From Lytechinus pictus (lineage: Eukaryota): a stretch of 64,000 bases of DNA. Under the pieces are notes generated by a model. The model had not been told where the DNA came from. It did not search any database and worked only from the letters and a program-made list of their open reading frames with translations. The DNA lies in NCBI RefSeq assembly GCF_037042905.1, contig NC_087251.1, positions 36,830,001-36,894,000 on the forward strand, in the 5' to 3' direction. This document shows, one piece after another, positions 11,321-24,497 of this stretch. A program made the position numbers and the translations under genes. Each line of letters begins with the position of its first letter. Positions within the stretch are counted from its first letter, which is position 1.

Positions 11321-12494
11321 TATATTTGTACACAAGTTAAATGAATCTCGTTAGCTATGGAAAGTTAAAGCTCCTTTCATAAGCTACTGAAATCCTGTAC
11401 TTTGATTGGTCTCGAGAAAATGTCATTTACGTCTCCAGTCAAGTTTTGATCACAATATATATGTAACAGGGACTAGATCGGAGGCCCATAACAGGAAGCT
11501 TAGTGATTTGTTCATACATTTGGATTTGTATGTTTGATAGCATATAATGATATTTATATATATATAATAAAGCATTTTTGTAGGTCTCCTTCCCTTTCAA
11601 CTTTATGCTGTTATTGAATTGTACAAAATGATTTAATTGTTGTATGATGTATAAATTGAACTGTAATTATAAATTTTGAAAGAGGAAAACGAATGAATTG
11701 AATTGAAATAAATGCTAAGCTTTGCCCAGATCAATTTGGTCAATTGGTTTGCAGTTGGTATGGCAAATACAGGAACCAAGTTTTCTCTATTATCAATGTC
11801 TGTATGGTTATGGACGGACAGCGCCCTCTATCATCGTGAATGTGTAAAGGAAGCAATCTGGCATATGTTCTATGCATGGTTCACTTAAGGGTTCCGCAAC
11901 AAAAAATTTTATGATGGATTGCAAATTTTAAAAGAACAGCCCTGATTGGTCCCTGTTCAGTGTTTTTAACAAAATGCGCATGCAGCAATGATCTGGATTG
12001 GCCATTGACATTCAGCGATTGATCACAATCCTTTGTGTTACCAAGCCCTGATTTACAAGAACTTAGAGATCTAGGCTATATAACACAAAGCTTACCTGTA
12101 GTACTTGATAATAAGGATAGTTTTTATACTTCATGTCATTAGATGGAATTTATTAGCATCCCCAATGTGTAATTTTTTTCCCATATGATCAAACTCTACA
12201 AACAACAATATACATAAAATGGAATTTTATCCCACAAACAAAAACAATTACAGCCATGGGTATCTAGAATGATATTTGTAAAAAAATATATATATATGAG
12301 TCGTAATAGCTTCAAACGCCCCCACATTGATCATTGTTGGCAACCAAAATCAACAGTAAGATCTTGTGTTACGGCCCCTGATTATAAGAAAATCTTGCAT
12401 TGTAACTCAAAACTACTTCATGAAAGTCTAACTTGGCTGTTTTTTGTACAGAAAATTAATGTAAATGATATTTTACTCCAATTTTCATTGACAG

Positions 12495-12550
12495 TGCAGT
12501 ACTGGTTGGGAATACACAAGGTCGGATGGCAGAAATAGATCTGAGAAAAG
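12495..12550 (+). CDS. WDR74: WDR74 coding exon 7
   Basis: gacag acceptor, gtatgg donor; (N)AVLVGNTQGRMAEIDLRK(G); phases fit both neighbours. Confidence 0.93.
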
Positions 12551-12984
12551 GTATGGTACTCATTATTGTAAAGGGGACATTTTATGAAAGTTATCAGCAA
12601 CAAGTAGAGTTTAAAATTTTCAACAAAATCCTTGGTTTTGATTGACTGAGGAGCACTGGCCTCTGAATGTTCCTATGGTAACTGTTGGAGAAAGACAACT
12701 TGTCAGTGCCGACAACTTTCATCAAACAGTCCCCTGAAGATATATGTAATAACATGACCATTGTGTATACAAACTTTATTTATTAATATTTTCGAAACGT
12801 AAAGAGATTTTATGACTTTTTTGTTTGAAGTCTCGCTCAACTTTGGAGACCAAATTCGCAACATACGGGTATAGCATCGCGACGCCACATGACTTTTTAC
12901 GAGACAATGTCATGCCGAAAATGGCTCATTTTTATACTTTGTATACAAAGTCTGTGGGAGATGAAATTCATAATAGGGTTATTG

Positions 12985-13960
12985 TTTTTGTCTCACCTGC
13001 ATAGCAGAGTGAGACTATAGGCGCCGCTTTTTCGACGGCGGCGGCGACGGCGACGGCGGCGGCGGCGGCGGCGTCAACACCAAATCTTAACCTGAGGTTA
13101 AGTTTTTGAAATGACAGCATAACTTAGAAAGTATATGGACCTAGTTCATGAAACTTGGCCATAAGGTTAATCAAGTATTACTGAACATCCTGCCTGAGTT
13201 TCATGTCACATGACCAAGGTCAAAGGTCATTTAGGGTCAATGAACTTAGACCATGTTGGGGAAATCAACATCAAAATCTTAACCTAAGGTTAAGTTTTTG
13301 AAATGTCATCATAACTTAGAAAATATATGGACCTAGTTCATGAAACTTATACATAAGGTTAATCAAGTATCACTGAACATCCTGCATGAGTTTCACATCA
13401 CATGACCAAGGTCAAAGGTCATTTAGGGTCAATGAACTTTGGCCGAATTGGGGGTATCTGTTGAATTACCATCATAACTTTGAAAGTTTATGGATCTGAT
13501 TCATGAAACTTGGACATAATAGTAATCAAGTATTACTGAACATCCTGTGCAAGTTTCAGGTCACATGATCAAGGTCAAAGGTCATTTAGGGTCAATGAAC
13601 TTTGGCCAAATTGGGGTATTTGTTGAATTACAGCCATAAATTTGAAAGTGTGTTGGTCTAGTTCATAAAACTTGGACATAATAGTAATCAAGTATCACTG
13701 AACATCCTGTGCGAGTTTCAGGTCACATGATCAAGGTCAAAGGTCATGTAAGGTCAAAGAACTTTGGCCACGTTGGGGGTATTTGTTGAATTGCCATCAT
13801 ATCTCTATAAGTGTATTGGTCTAGTTCATAAAACGTGGAAATAAGAGTAACCAAGTATCACTGAACATCTTGTGCGAGTTATAGTAGTTTTCAAAATCAG
13901 CACTGCTGCTATATTGAATCGCGTGATGCAGGTGAGACGGCCAGAGGCATTCCACTTGTT
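12985..13960 (+). mobile_element. Helentron/DINE-1-like (HINE) element, copy 2
   Basis: Near-identical to 10336-11320 over its whole length, with unrelated flanks. Confidence 0.85.
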
Positions 13961-14387
13961 TATTCTAATTGTTCTGCTTTATTAATTCAGGGTTTAATTT
14001 AGTTGTTAAATGGTCTGTAATAATTTCCATTAAAAAAAACAATGAGAAACAAAAGATGAAAAAAACAAAGAAATGCATAAGGAAACAATTAACTTTCCCA
14101 ATTTTTCTTTGTGGAAACTTTAAATTAGATTACAAAGATGACATCTGGAAAAAAAAAAAGAATATTTGAAGTGAAATTGGATGTTAAATATGCAAATAAT
14201 GATTTTCACAAATAAATTTGCATATTTTATTCATAATAAATAAAAAAATAATCATTTTCAGCATTTTTTTTTATACTGGCTTGTAGATTATGTGGTAAAG
14301 AATGTGCGTGCCTAATTTTGGCAAGATCGCGGGAACGGCGGCTGAGATCAGAAGGGGGTACCATCATCAAAATGACAGTGACTCTTA

Positions 14388-15050
14388 TTTTTATGCCCCC
14401 GCAGACGAAGTCCGGAGGGGGCATTAAGCGTTGCCCCTGTCCATCCGTCCTCCCACTTGGTTTCCGCGCAATAACTCGAAAAATATTTCATGGATTAAAA
14501 AAAAAATTTGTGTAGGGAAATGATACCAAAATACAGGCTAAGTTCGAATTCGGAGTCCGCAGGTCAAAGGTCACAGCTCATTAAATATGCAAGTTGGTTT
14601 CCGCATGATAACTTATGAAATATTCAATAGATTGAAAAAATTTTGGGTGTGTAGGTAGATGACACAAAAATACAGGCTAAGTTCGAATTCGGAGTCCGCA
14701 TGTCAAAGATTAAAGGTCACAGCTCATTATATATGCGAGTAGGTAGTGACAGTAGTCAATCCCAGTTCAAGACACTGCTGCAAGTAGCTGTATTGGAAAA
14801 ATTGATGAGACAGCAAGACCACATTTCCATATGACACAATGAAGTGAGGGATTATCCACATCAAATGACCCAACTGTCATAACTTCTGTCAGAGATTATT
14901 ATGGAAAGGGTGAGTTTTTAGGTCAAAGGTCTGAATTTATTCATTTTTAATATGCATATTGGTTTCTGCACGATATTGAATTAAATCGTATTGAATGAAT
15001 TTCTGATCGCGGGGTTATCTGTGTCCTTTGGACACGTAAAATTTCTAGTT
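14388..15050 (+). mobile_element. Second HINE/DINE-1-like family
   Basis: TTTTTATGCCCCCGC..GGGGGCAT 5' fold-back, gtcc microsatellite, duplicated aagttcgaattcggagtccgca unit, 3' GCGGGGTTAT plus GTGTCCTTTGGACAC hairpin, CTAGTT end. Confidence 0.7.
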
Positions 15051-15471
15051 TTAGTTATACCTAGTTCCCTCTTTCTTGATATGCGCCACAATTGAAATTG
15101 CGGTCTTAATTGTAGTGATTGTATCAGGTCGTATCAGGTCATGTGAAATCAGTTGTGGCAATTGTATTGATTGTAGAAAAATTGAACGGTTAAAAGATTT
15201 TTGCCATCAGTTACAAAAGGACAATCACGGCATTTGTAAAGGATTGCATGACAGGGAGAAAGAGGTATTAATCATATCATGAAATGCTGGTTAATTTGCT
15301 TGATCTGCTGTTTAAAAATTGTCAATAGAATTTGCTGTCTTTAATGGTTTTATTCATTATAGAGATCTTCAAATAGTCTCATTGGGCTCTTAAAGTTTAG
15401 AGTGTGAATTTTTACTCCATACACACTGTATCATGACCTGATGATGATTCATGATTCTTTTCTTTCTTCAG

Positions 15472-15614
15472 GTCAAGTAGGGCGGATGTATAAAGGTTTT
15501 GCAGGAAGTATACGAGACATGCAGTGTCACCCTACCCTTCCCCTAGTAGCTTCTTGTGGTTTGGATCGATTTCTCAGGGTACATGATATACACGATGGAT
15601 CATTAAGAAGCAAG
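15472..15614 (+). CDS. WDR74: WDR74 coding exon 8
   Basis: ttcag acceptor, gtaggt donor; (G)QVGRMYKGFAGSIRDMQCHPTLPLVASCGLDRFLRVHDIHDGSLRSK (ASCGLDR motif). Confidence 0.95.
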
Positions 15615-15783
15615 GTAGGTCTATCTCTCTTTCTACCCCTCTTTCTATCCCTTTATTTTAATTTTCTCTCCCCCTTTCCCTCTTTTCTTTATATTTCTCT
15701 ATCTCTTTCTATTTCCATTCCTGTTCTCTTTGTTTTGAAAAAATTAACTGCATAGGATCAACTTGAATTATGTTGCTGTCCTG

Positions 15784-16618
15784 GGGTGGTATTCTGAGAT
15801 CCATTTTTATCTCGGATGAAATAAAATATTTTATCCCCGTTAAAATCAGTGAGATAAAATACCCTTAAAATCTTTCCAAATTGGTATTCTGAGAACAATT
15901 TTATTTTCATTTTATCTCTGTAAGACACACCTATTTTTTAATCAATATCCAATTAGAAACGCGCTTTTATAGCTCTCTCCTGTCACTCAACCAATGGAAA
16001 TCCATTCCGCCAGGAGGTGTGGCAAAGGAGTGAGATTGTGTCAATTTATTGACTTCAAATATGCTTGCACTATAACACGCTTGCGCGTCTTTACAGAGAT
16101 TTCTTTTAAACAAAAATGACAATACTATCATCTTTTTTTCGAAGTCTATATCACATCTTTTCAAGCATCATTTCAAAGGGAAAATTAGTAAAGAGAAGTC
16201 TTATGAAATACTTTCTGATTGTACAGGAATAACGTTAAGGTGTTATTCTCAATAAAAAAAATTTTTCCTCATTTTCATGTCAACATTTGGGGTTAATTCA
16301 CCTAGAAATATTGATGAAATCAACGTCACAGAGATAAAATAGCCCCTACCCTCTTTTAAGTTTATTTAATTGGTTTCTTCAAAGTAAAATGGGCGCGAGC
16401 ACATCATCCACGTTGCAATGTCCAGATACGCGATGGGTATGTCTACGCAGGCACTGTTCTGTTGCGTATCATTTTAATATAGATACGCAAGGTAAACTTT
16501 ATATGCATGATAAAATTTTGAGTTTTATCTGAGAGATAAAATGTCATCTCAGAATAGCAATTTAATTTTAAGAGATAAATAAAATATTTTAAAGATAAAT
16601 TACCTCAGAATACCGCCC
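15784..16618. mobile_element. Harbinger-like MITE
   Basis: CTG|GGGTGGTATTCTGAG...CTCAGAATACCGCCC|CTG, 3-bp TSD. Confidence 0.75.
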
Positions 16619-16825
16619 CTGTTCAATTTTTATTGGTTTGACTTGTCAATTTAATTTTGATTTTGTTTTATTCTGATATGGCTATATGAAACATGAGATG
16701 TACAAATCTTTTTAAAAATAATTATGTCCATTTTATATGAACATTTAGGAAGTCTGGAAGTTAAATACAGAGGTTTTTTTTTATTGTCTTATCCTTTAAT
16801 GTCAGTGGTGAGCTGACATGTTTAA

Positions 16826-17172
16826 AGGGGAAGTTCACCCTGACATAAAGTTTGTTGTAAGAATGAAAAACTAATGAAAAATAGTGGTGAAGGTTTGATT
16901 GATAATTATCAATCAAAAATTTTGAAGCTCATTTTTTTTTAGGTTTTTAATTTGTGATGTCAAATGTGAGCAGCTACCCAGACATCCTGATTTTTTTTAA
17001 AAATCAACGAAATGCCATTTTATCAAAGAATTGAAAATGATTTTATTGTACCATCAGTATATCAACAGACAAATTATTTCACGTCCGCTCCAGAAAGAAG
17101 AAATTTTCTAGTCATGAACCATTAGAAAATTGAAATGTCTGAATTAGAACTGCTAGTTTACAACAAACTTTA
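16826..17172. mobile_element. Truncated Kolobok-type MITE
   Basis: TTAA|AGGGGAAGTTCACCCTGAC left end; aaagtttgttgtaa is mirrored by ttacaacaaacttt near 17160; right terminus lost. Confidence 0.45.
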
Positions 17173-17423
17173 GTTTTAAAATTCTAATTTATAAAATACA
17201 AGAAAGCAAAGTGTGTTAATATTACATTGCAAATATCACCACATGCAAACAGTTGTCAACAGAGATCTATTTGTCATCTGCTCTTGAAATTCTTTTTTTC
17301 TTGTTCAAAGGTAGTCCTTTCTGCAATATTTGGGTCCTGATTCGGCATTCATGATCATAAATAACCATCATAAAAAACATGAATGTTATTGCCAGTTGCC
17401 TTCTGGTGATAAACACAGTATCT

Positions 17424-17556
17424 GGGCCATATAACACAAAACTTAGTGATTGATCATAAGATGGACTTCTGCGATTAATCATACACAATAATCAATGCAA
17501 TCAATTATATAATTCTTCCCTACAATCAATCACTAATCTGTATGTTACAGGGCCCC
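17424..17556. mobile_element. ~130-bp Harbinger-like MITE (family of 25312 and 46526)
   Basis: gggccatataacacaaaacttag...tgttacagggcccc. Confidence 0.6.
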
Positions 17557-18472
17557 GATTGTGTACTTCAGCGTGCCATTTCATCAACTCAATAGCGCAA
17601 AATCCATCACAATTTCTCCTCCATAATTTATGATTTATTTGACAGTCATTGAAAGATTACAAAATGGCCCTTAAATATTTATGAAGCAATATGCTAAGGT
17701 TTGACAGAAGTGAAATGAGAAATGAGAGGATTGATCTAAAAGTGAAGGTGACAGTTATGTAAATATTTGAAATAGATTTATGAAGAGAGTAATCAGAATT
17801 CACCATGAATGTACCATTAGCATAGATGAACAAATCAAACTTGAAAAAAAAGGATAAACAGTTGGAAGTCACTGCATCTGTTGTGATAATTGTGAGCTTC
17901 AGAGTTAATAATTGCATTACTTTTAAAATCTTTAAAATATTTAAAATATAAATGCCAGTTGTAGATATCTTTCAGAATTTAGTAAATTTCTATCGACCCT
18001 TTTTCTGTGCATGTACATGTAAATGCTATGAATGAATGTCATCATTAGATTGCCATGTGTTAACCCTATCAGTCTATGGGTGGGTAGAGGGTATTATGCC
18101 TCCGTCCCCCTCGGCATTTTGTGCAATAAATTTATAACATGAAAAGTTTGCTCTGTGACACTTCATGACTATTTACTTTAAAATCTTGCTCAGTCTGTGA
18201 GACCAAATTTGTGACATAGTTCCAATATCATACCCAAAATTGATCAAAAGCATGATTTCATGCACAAATCCTATATGCAGATTTTTTTTTTCCAGCAAAC
18301 ATTCAAAACTCGAGCATTATCATTTGAGGTGACCACACACCTTACAATTGGTCTGCGACCCAATTTCAGAATAAAATGTAGTAGAATGTGATGCTAATAT
18401 TGAGACTTGTGATATCTTACAGTGTAATGTTTTAAATCATCGTACGAATACCTATGTTCAAATCTGTTACTA

Positions 18473-19848
18473 CAGTGCGTATAAAAAAAAAAAACGGGAC
18501 AGTTTTGAAAAGTCTATACAAAATTTGTTTCAAATTATAATAGCTATATTTTGATGTTAATAGATGCTCTTAAATCTTATCTTTGAAATGCAATTTAAAA
18601 AAATAAATTTTGTTCATGCTTGAGCGAACACGGGACGTTTTTGTCAGGGGTTCAAAAAGAGGCTTGCGCCAGAATGACAGAATATGAGTAATAGATGATC
18701 AGACTTCTTGCTAATCAGCAGACTTCCTCTTAACCTTTTCATTATCTGTGCCATAATTTTTTGAATTATGCTGTCAAATTTATTTACAAATTTATTTATT
18801 TATTTACTTGAATTATTTTGTTTTTTTTTCAATTAAATCTCTTTTACCTTTGAATTTTCCCTCATAAGGAAGAAAAGAAGACTTTTTGTCAACCCAAGCA
18901 AGAAGATTTGCATTATTAATTGGGAAAACTTGTAATTATTCAAATCCTTTTATTATGTAAAACAAATTATGTTGTGGTACCTTTAAAAGACATGAATCCA
19001 TTTTTCAACGGGTTATTGATTCCTTGACCAAGTTTAATTATTATGCTTGACAGGGCAAACAGGAAGGGATTCAGATCTTTCAACGGCAATGGTGTATTGA
19101 GTCAATTTTGAAGGAGCTAGGTATGGCAGATCGGGAAAAATGTAATATAATGATGTGAGCAAGCGAAGTGAGCACAAAAAATTCCCACTCTTTTATTACA
19201 ATATCAAATTTTGTGATAGATCTTGACATAATACTCAGAAAATAATATCATATTTTACTTTCTATCTTTCCTTCTATTTCCTTTCCACTTTTTTTCTTGG
19301 TCATTATTTTTTTTTTAATTGAGGGGGGGGCATCCCCAAACCCCTGCCCATCTGTATGACACTGTTCAAAGGGCACCATACCTTTGTAGCACACAATGAA
19401 AGGATTTTAAAAAAAGTTCAAGCTCTCCCATACTTCGGTGGAAAAAAAAAAATTTTTGCTTGAAGAAGGAATATTCAAAGCTAAAAGAGAACATATTAAA
19501 AAGAAACAACAGAACAATTCAAGCAAACAAATAGATTTGAAAATGAATTTTGACCGCATAATTTGAAAATTGTGGCAAAGATAATGAAAAGGTTAAGAGG
19601 AAGTCTGCTGATTAGCAAAAAGTCCGATCATCATTTTTATCATTTTATGCCATTCTGGCGCAAGCCTCCTTTTTAATCCCATACAAAAACATTCCATGTT
19701 TGCTCAAGCATGAACGAAACTAAATTTTTTAATGACATTTGAAAGATAAGACTTCAGAGCACCTATTAACACCAAAATATAGACATCATAATTTGAATTT
19801 TTTTTTTTATAGACTTCAAATCTGTCCCGTTTTTTTTTATACGCACTG
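18473..19848. mobile_element. Tc1/mariner-type MITE with ~300-bp TIRs
   Basis: TA|CAGTGCGTATAAAAAAA..ACGGGACAG ... CTGTCCCGTTTTTTTTTATACGCACTG|TA; inner arm ttgctaatcagcagacttcctcttaacctttt is mirrored at ~19590-19620. Confidence 0.85.
19087..19364. mobile_element. hAT-like MITE nested in the mariner MITE
   Basis: Degenerate TIR CAATGGTGTA...TATGACACTG; 8-bp TSD TTCAACGG / TTCAAAGG (7 of 8 match). Confidence 0.65.
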
Positions 19849-20542
19849 TATACTATCATCCTTCTTAGAATAAAAGCGAATTTAATATCTAGTCGTAATG
19901 ACGTCATAGCAGTCATACGATTGGCTACGATTTGAAACTAATTTGGCTGTACTCCGAAATAAAGGCTTGCAATCTTTCAAAATGGTTATATCTTTCAATA
20001 AATTTAAACCTCAAATAAAATGATATGTTTCATTCACATGTTTAGAAAATGAGCAAAATGCGAGTTGTTCCAAAATTGGATCGCGAACAGTCGTAAGGTG
20101 TGCGGTGGCCTTTACATGAACTGATTAAGATCAGTTGATTTCAAGTTGCTTATGATTTGGAAAGTATTACATCGCACTTAAAGTCTGCTTGAGCCTTATC
20201 AATTCCATGCACATTTTCATGTGAAGGAAATAAACCCCAAAAGTGTGTGTCATTGGTTAAATTAAATTCATTTTGATTGAGTGCACAATCAAAGTAAAAT
20301 ATCTTTGTATTCATCTCTTTTTCATGTATATAAACAAGCTTCTCAAGCATGGAATGGGCTGAAAATTTCAGAATATAATCTTTGTCAGTAGTTTTGGAAA
20401 AACCAATTAATAAATCTGTAAAAATTCACAGAAAATTGCAGAATGAGGGTGCTTTATGTAAATTCAAACTCTAATGGCTGTATAAACTGCCAATTTTGAA
20501 TTCCAACGACCGAAAAAGCATCTAATGACTACTATACTTTTG

Positions 20543-20820
20543 TAATAATAATAATAGGCATTTATATAGCACCATGATCTATCTAGAAACATTCTATTCC
20601 GAGGCGCGATGTTATTATTACCCTGGCTTTAGCTCGAGCTGCCTTTCAGCTCATGCATTCGAGGAATTAATCCTGCCGGGTACCATTCACCTCACCTGGA
20701 TTTAGTGCAGCACAATGTGGATAAATTTCTTGCTGAAGGAAATTACGCCATGGCTGGGATTCGAACCCACAACCCTCTGTTTCAAAGTCAGAAGACTAAT
20801 CCACTGGGCCACAATGCTCC
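20543..20820 (-). mobile_element. tRNA-derived SINE
   Basis: Minus strand GGAGCATTGTGGCCCAGTGG (A box)...GGTTCGAATCCC (B box), shared body, (TTA)n tail. Confidence 0.9.
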
Positions 20821-21334
20821 ACAATAATAAATATATCGAAAAATAATAAATATAAAATTGTTAGATGATACTTGAGTTATGTATAATTCACATTACTGCT
20901 TTTTTTTTTACCAAAGCTGTATCTATAGGCTTTAATGTGAATTCCTTGATAATCAATAAGACCAAGGATTGCTAGAGATTTTGATTAATTTTAACTCTCC
21001 GGTATTAAAGGGACCCTTACACTTTGAAAGTTTTCAATTAGAAGGTGTCTTCAGTACCAGACTAGTCACTTGCCAATTTACTCAACGATTTATGTATGCA
21101 CATGTAATCTCTGTTTATACATGTTCAGAGCATTTCTCTTAACTGATATCCTGTACTGCCAATAAATAATGGCCAAATGGTTTGCTATGCTGTCAGTTCT
21201 TCCATGATTTACATCGAATGATATCTTCGTGTAAACACAACCATTATGAAGGGAAGAGTTCTGAAAATTACCCCTTCATGTCCATAGATTCAAAGACAAA
21301 TATTTCAAACAAAATCATCTTTAGATATCCAAAC

Positions 21335-21490
21335 AATAATGATAATAATAATGATAATAAAAAAAAATATTAATGATAAAAATAAGTATAATAATAGTAA
21401 TAATACTAATGTCAATATCAATGATGATAGTAATAATGACAATAACAATAATAGTGATTTTGAACATGATGATAACAGTAATAATACTGA
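21335..21490. repeat. Degenerate (AAT/GAT)n microsatellite
   Basis: aataatgataataataatgat runs. Confidence 0.85.
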
Positions 21491-22111
21491 AAGATATGAT
21501 TACAATTTTGACAATATTTGTCATACTTTGAACATATCAAACTCAAAAGAATGATAACAAGGTTGATTTCTTACTATTAGGATAACAAATACAGTTTACA
21601 TTGTCTGACATGCAGATTAGCTTATTTTTCTTTCTTTTATTTTCTTTGGCCATCAAGTATGTTTTTATTGAAATGATATTCTGAAAAGGTTTGGTAAACT
21701 TGGTAACAATCTTACTCTATTTTGTCCTATTCAAAAGGGCTATGTCAATAACATGATGAGCCAAATAGTTTGAGGAGCCAAATATTTTAAGGGGCCAAAA
21801 ATGGCATATAACCCAAAATTTCTATTAAAAGAAGTTGCAAGCGAGTGAAATGACCAAGCAAAATATTTGATGCTTTTAATATAAGTAAAGCTCATTTTGT
21901 AACAGATTTTGACAATATATTTACCTTTTTTCTTTCCTTTTCTTCCCTTTTCTCTATTTTCTTGGTGGTGAACTTCTTTTTTTTTTTTTTTGGGGGGGGG
22001 GATTGGGTGCTTCTCTTCCATTTTCTTACAAGCAAGAAAGAGAGGGGGAAATACATTGAGAGAGAAATAAAGATGGGGTGTCATAATTGGCTGGTAAGCC
22101 GTTGGGGAGAA

Positions 22112-22795
22112 GATTTGATTTTGATTTGATTTATTTATTTCCACATTCCAATAACAAAAGTATATACAAGTGTAATAATTTTTTCTCAGCATAACATGAC
22201 AATAAGCAAATGACATAATGAATAGCATGCATACATACATTCTAACATTCAAATTGAAAAAAATTATTATACCTGATAACTTCCTTTTTTTAGTGTTAAA
22301 ACAAATAGCAGAAAAAAAAGATATATACATATATCAACATAATACATTTTGAAATGTGGGAGATTTCCATCCTGAGCTTAGAGCTTGAAATTGATGGAGG
22401 CCTGGAAAGGAAAGGGGAAAGAAAACCAGACAAACAGTGCAATAAAAGAGACTTATCTTTTATTGCACAAAATAACAGGAATATTACCAAAAATGTACAT
22501 AGGGAAAGACAAATTTAGAATGAGAAAGTTATAATCATAATGTTGATAAAAGTAAGAATGCGAGAGTGCAGGTGCGGGAATGGGGGGGGGGGGATTGTAT
22601 TATCGGTTGGTACAAAACTCACAGAGATTTTAGGCATAATATTTCAACAGTGTATTTCTCTTCAGAACAGCTTTGAATTAATAGAGTGTAGAGCATAACT
22701 TAATGTCAGGTGATAAATTATTCCCTAAATCTGCACCGTAATGTCTAATTGATTTGTGTGCTATTATTAGTTTTGGATTTGTTAAATGAAATTGT
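22112..22795 (-). mobile_element. 5'-truncated LINE remnant (L2/Crack-like)
   Basis: Minus strand QFHLTNPKLIIAHKSIRHYGADLGNNLSPDIKLCSTLY*FKAVLK resembles an ORF2 C-terminus; ends aataaa(tcaaa)n. Confidence 0.6.
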
Positions 22796-23030
22796 TAAGT
22801 GAAATATTATAGGCCTATGTATATTTTAATACTAGTATTTCTATCATAAAATTAGATTTTGTATTACAAAGGTAAAAAATGTTGCTCTTTCAGTTCGATC
22901 GCTCACTGATTTATTTATTTATAATTTTTGCTATTTATGCCATGCACTTGGTTGTTTTATTTTGGAAATAACATTCAATGAATAAAAGTACATACAAAAA
23001 TTATTTATTGTCTCTCTCTTCTCATTTCAG

Positions 23031-23087
23031 ATTTATCTTAAATCCAAGCTGAATTGTTTACTATTTTCATCCAGAGACTTCACCCAG
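23031..23087 (+). CDS. WDR74: WDR74 coding exon 9
   Basis: tttcag acceptor, gtattt donor; IYLKSKLNCLLFSSRDFTQ (YLKSxLNCLL motif). Confidence 0.93.
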
Positions 23088-24497
23088 GTATTTATATGTT
23101 GTATCTATGTAGTTTATTAAATACTGATATAAATATTTTATGATTTTTATGCATTGAATGTTATCAGTTCAGTTGATTGTCATGTTTCACTCCGTCTTTT
23201 ATAAATGACATTTCTTATTTCAGGCAATTTACATTTTTGTGTCAATTTAATTGAAATTTAGTAAGTTTTATGGCAGACTTTCTAAATAGAAAAAAACTAA
23301 ATAGTTACACCTCTCAAGAGATGTTTGAAGAAAGATATCAGTACTATAAAATACAGGATTATGTCAAATTAAAGTGTGTGTTTTTTAAAAAAATCACAGG
23401 AAGAAATGCAAGTTATAATAAAAATCATAGAAATAGGGATTAAGCAATTATGAATAATGAAAGAGTGCACTATGTCCATCAAAGATGAGAATATTAGCAT
23501 AATTCGAGAGAGATGGGGGGGGGGGGTTATGATGTGATTGTGGGTATGCATTTCTAAAAAAATCTAGAAAATTAGCAAACTTATGTGAATATAAGTAGTA
23601 ATATCTTTACTTGAATCTCTGCCATTAGTGATGTTAAGTAGTTGACCTCAAACGGCATTAGTCAATTCAGTTGCGACTGTACATGCTAATCAGATATTCA
23701 GCTCAGCTATCGCTTAATGAAGACAATATGCAAATGAGACCTTAGATGCAAGATCCATTGATCTAATTTCACAGAGCAGATTTGATAATGAGTATTGTGC
23801 CCATTGTCTTTTCATTAGTTATAATCCAATTGATTAAAGCAATTTGCTGTTAGAATGGAATATTGGTTATGTAGACTATGAAGTGATTGGATGTTGACTG
23901 TATGAAGAAATTAATTGACATGCAAGGGTTAACCTAATATAATGGATCTTTGACTGTATTGATTGTAGGAAAAGGTTAATTGATAGGAATAACTTTACCT
24001 GCTTTGTAAAGTTAAAAGAGAAATTAATGTTACAATGAAATAGTTTGCCACAACAGTCAATTCCTTCATGTAAGTTATTAAAGAAATTCAAGTGTAATAT
24101 CCATAATATTTAAGTTTGGTGTAATGTACTGTAAGTAAGGTATTGTTTGCAGGAAATTTTAGGTGAATGATATTATTTTGGACTGATCAGATGTGTCACA
24201 AGCTGGTAGGCCTAGAAAATTAGATAAACATTAGCTATCAACAACATAATTTTCATTATTTTACTCTTTGTGTATTCATTAAAAAATATCTGGGTTTTGT
24301 AGTTGTTTTGTTTTGGTTTTATTTGTTTTTGTTTTTATTTGTTTTGGGTTTTTTTAATGTGAGGGTGGCAATTTTCGGCAGCAATTTTCCATTTTTGCTT
24401 CACAACCTCAATATTGAAGAGTTCATATTCACATGAAAGGTTGCAGTCATCATGTGTACCTGATCGAAATGTGTTTGATTTATTTGTACTTGTCTAG

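Larger units (their letters stand above)
18327..20111. mobile_element. Harbinger-like MITE interrupted by nested insertions
   Basis: AGGTGACCACACACCTTACAATTGGTCTGCGACCCAATTT versus the reverse complement of the right end AGGCCACCGCACACCTTACGACTGTTCGCGATCCAATTT; flanks TTG/TTA. Confidence 0.7.

Noticed and set aside
21740..22330. Longest ORF in the track (196 aa)
   Set aside because: It runs through a LINE 3' tail, poly-C/poly-A runs and repeat debris; not protein-like
3705..24497. Intronic snoRNA or snRNA genes in WDR74 introns
   Set aside because: No convincing C/D or H/ACA structure or U-snRNA sequence was seen by eye; an Infernal/Rfam scan is needed to exclude them
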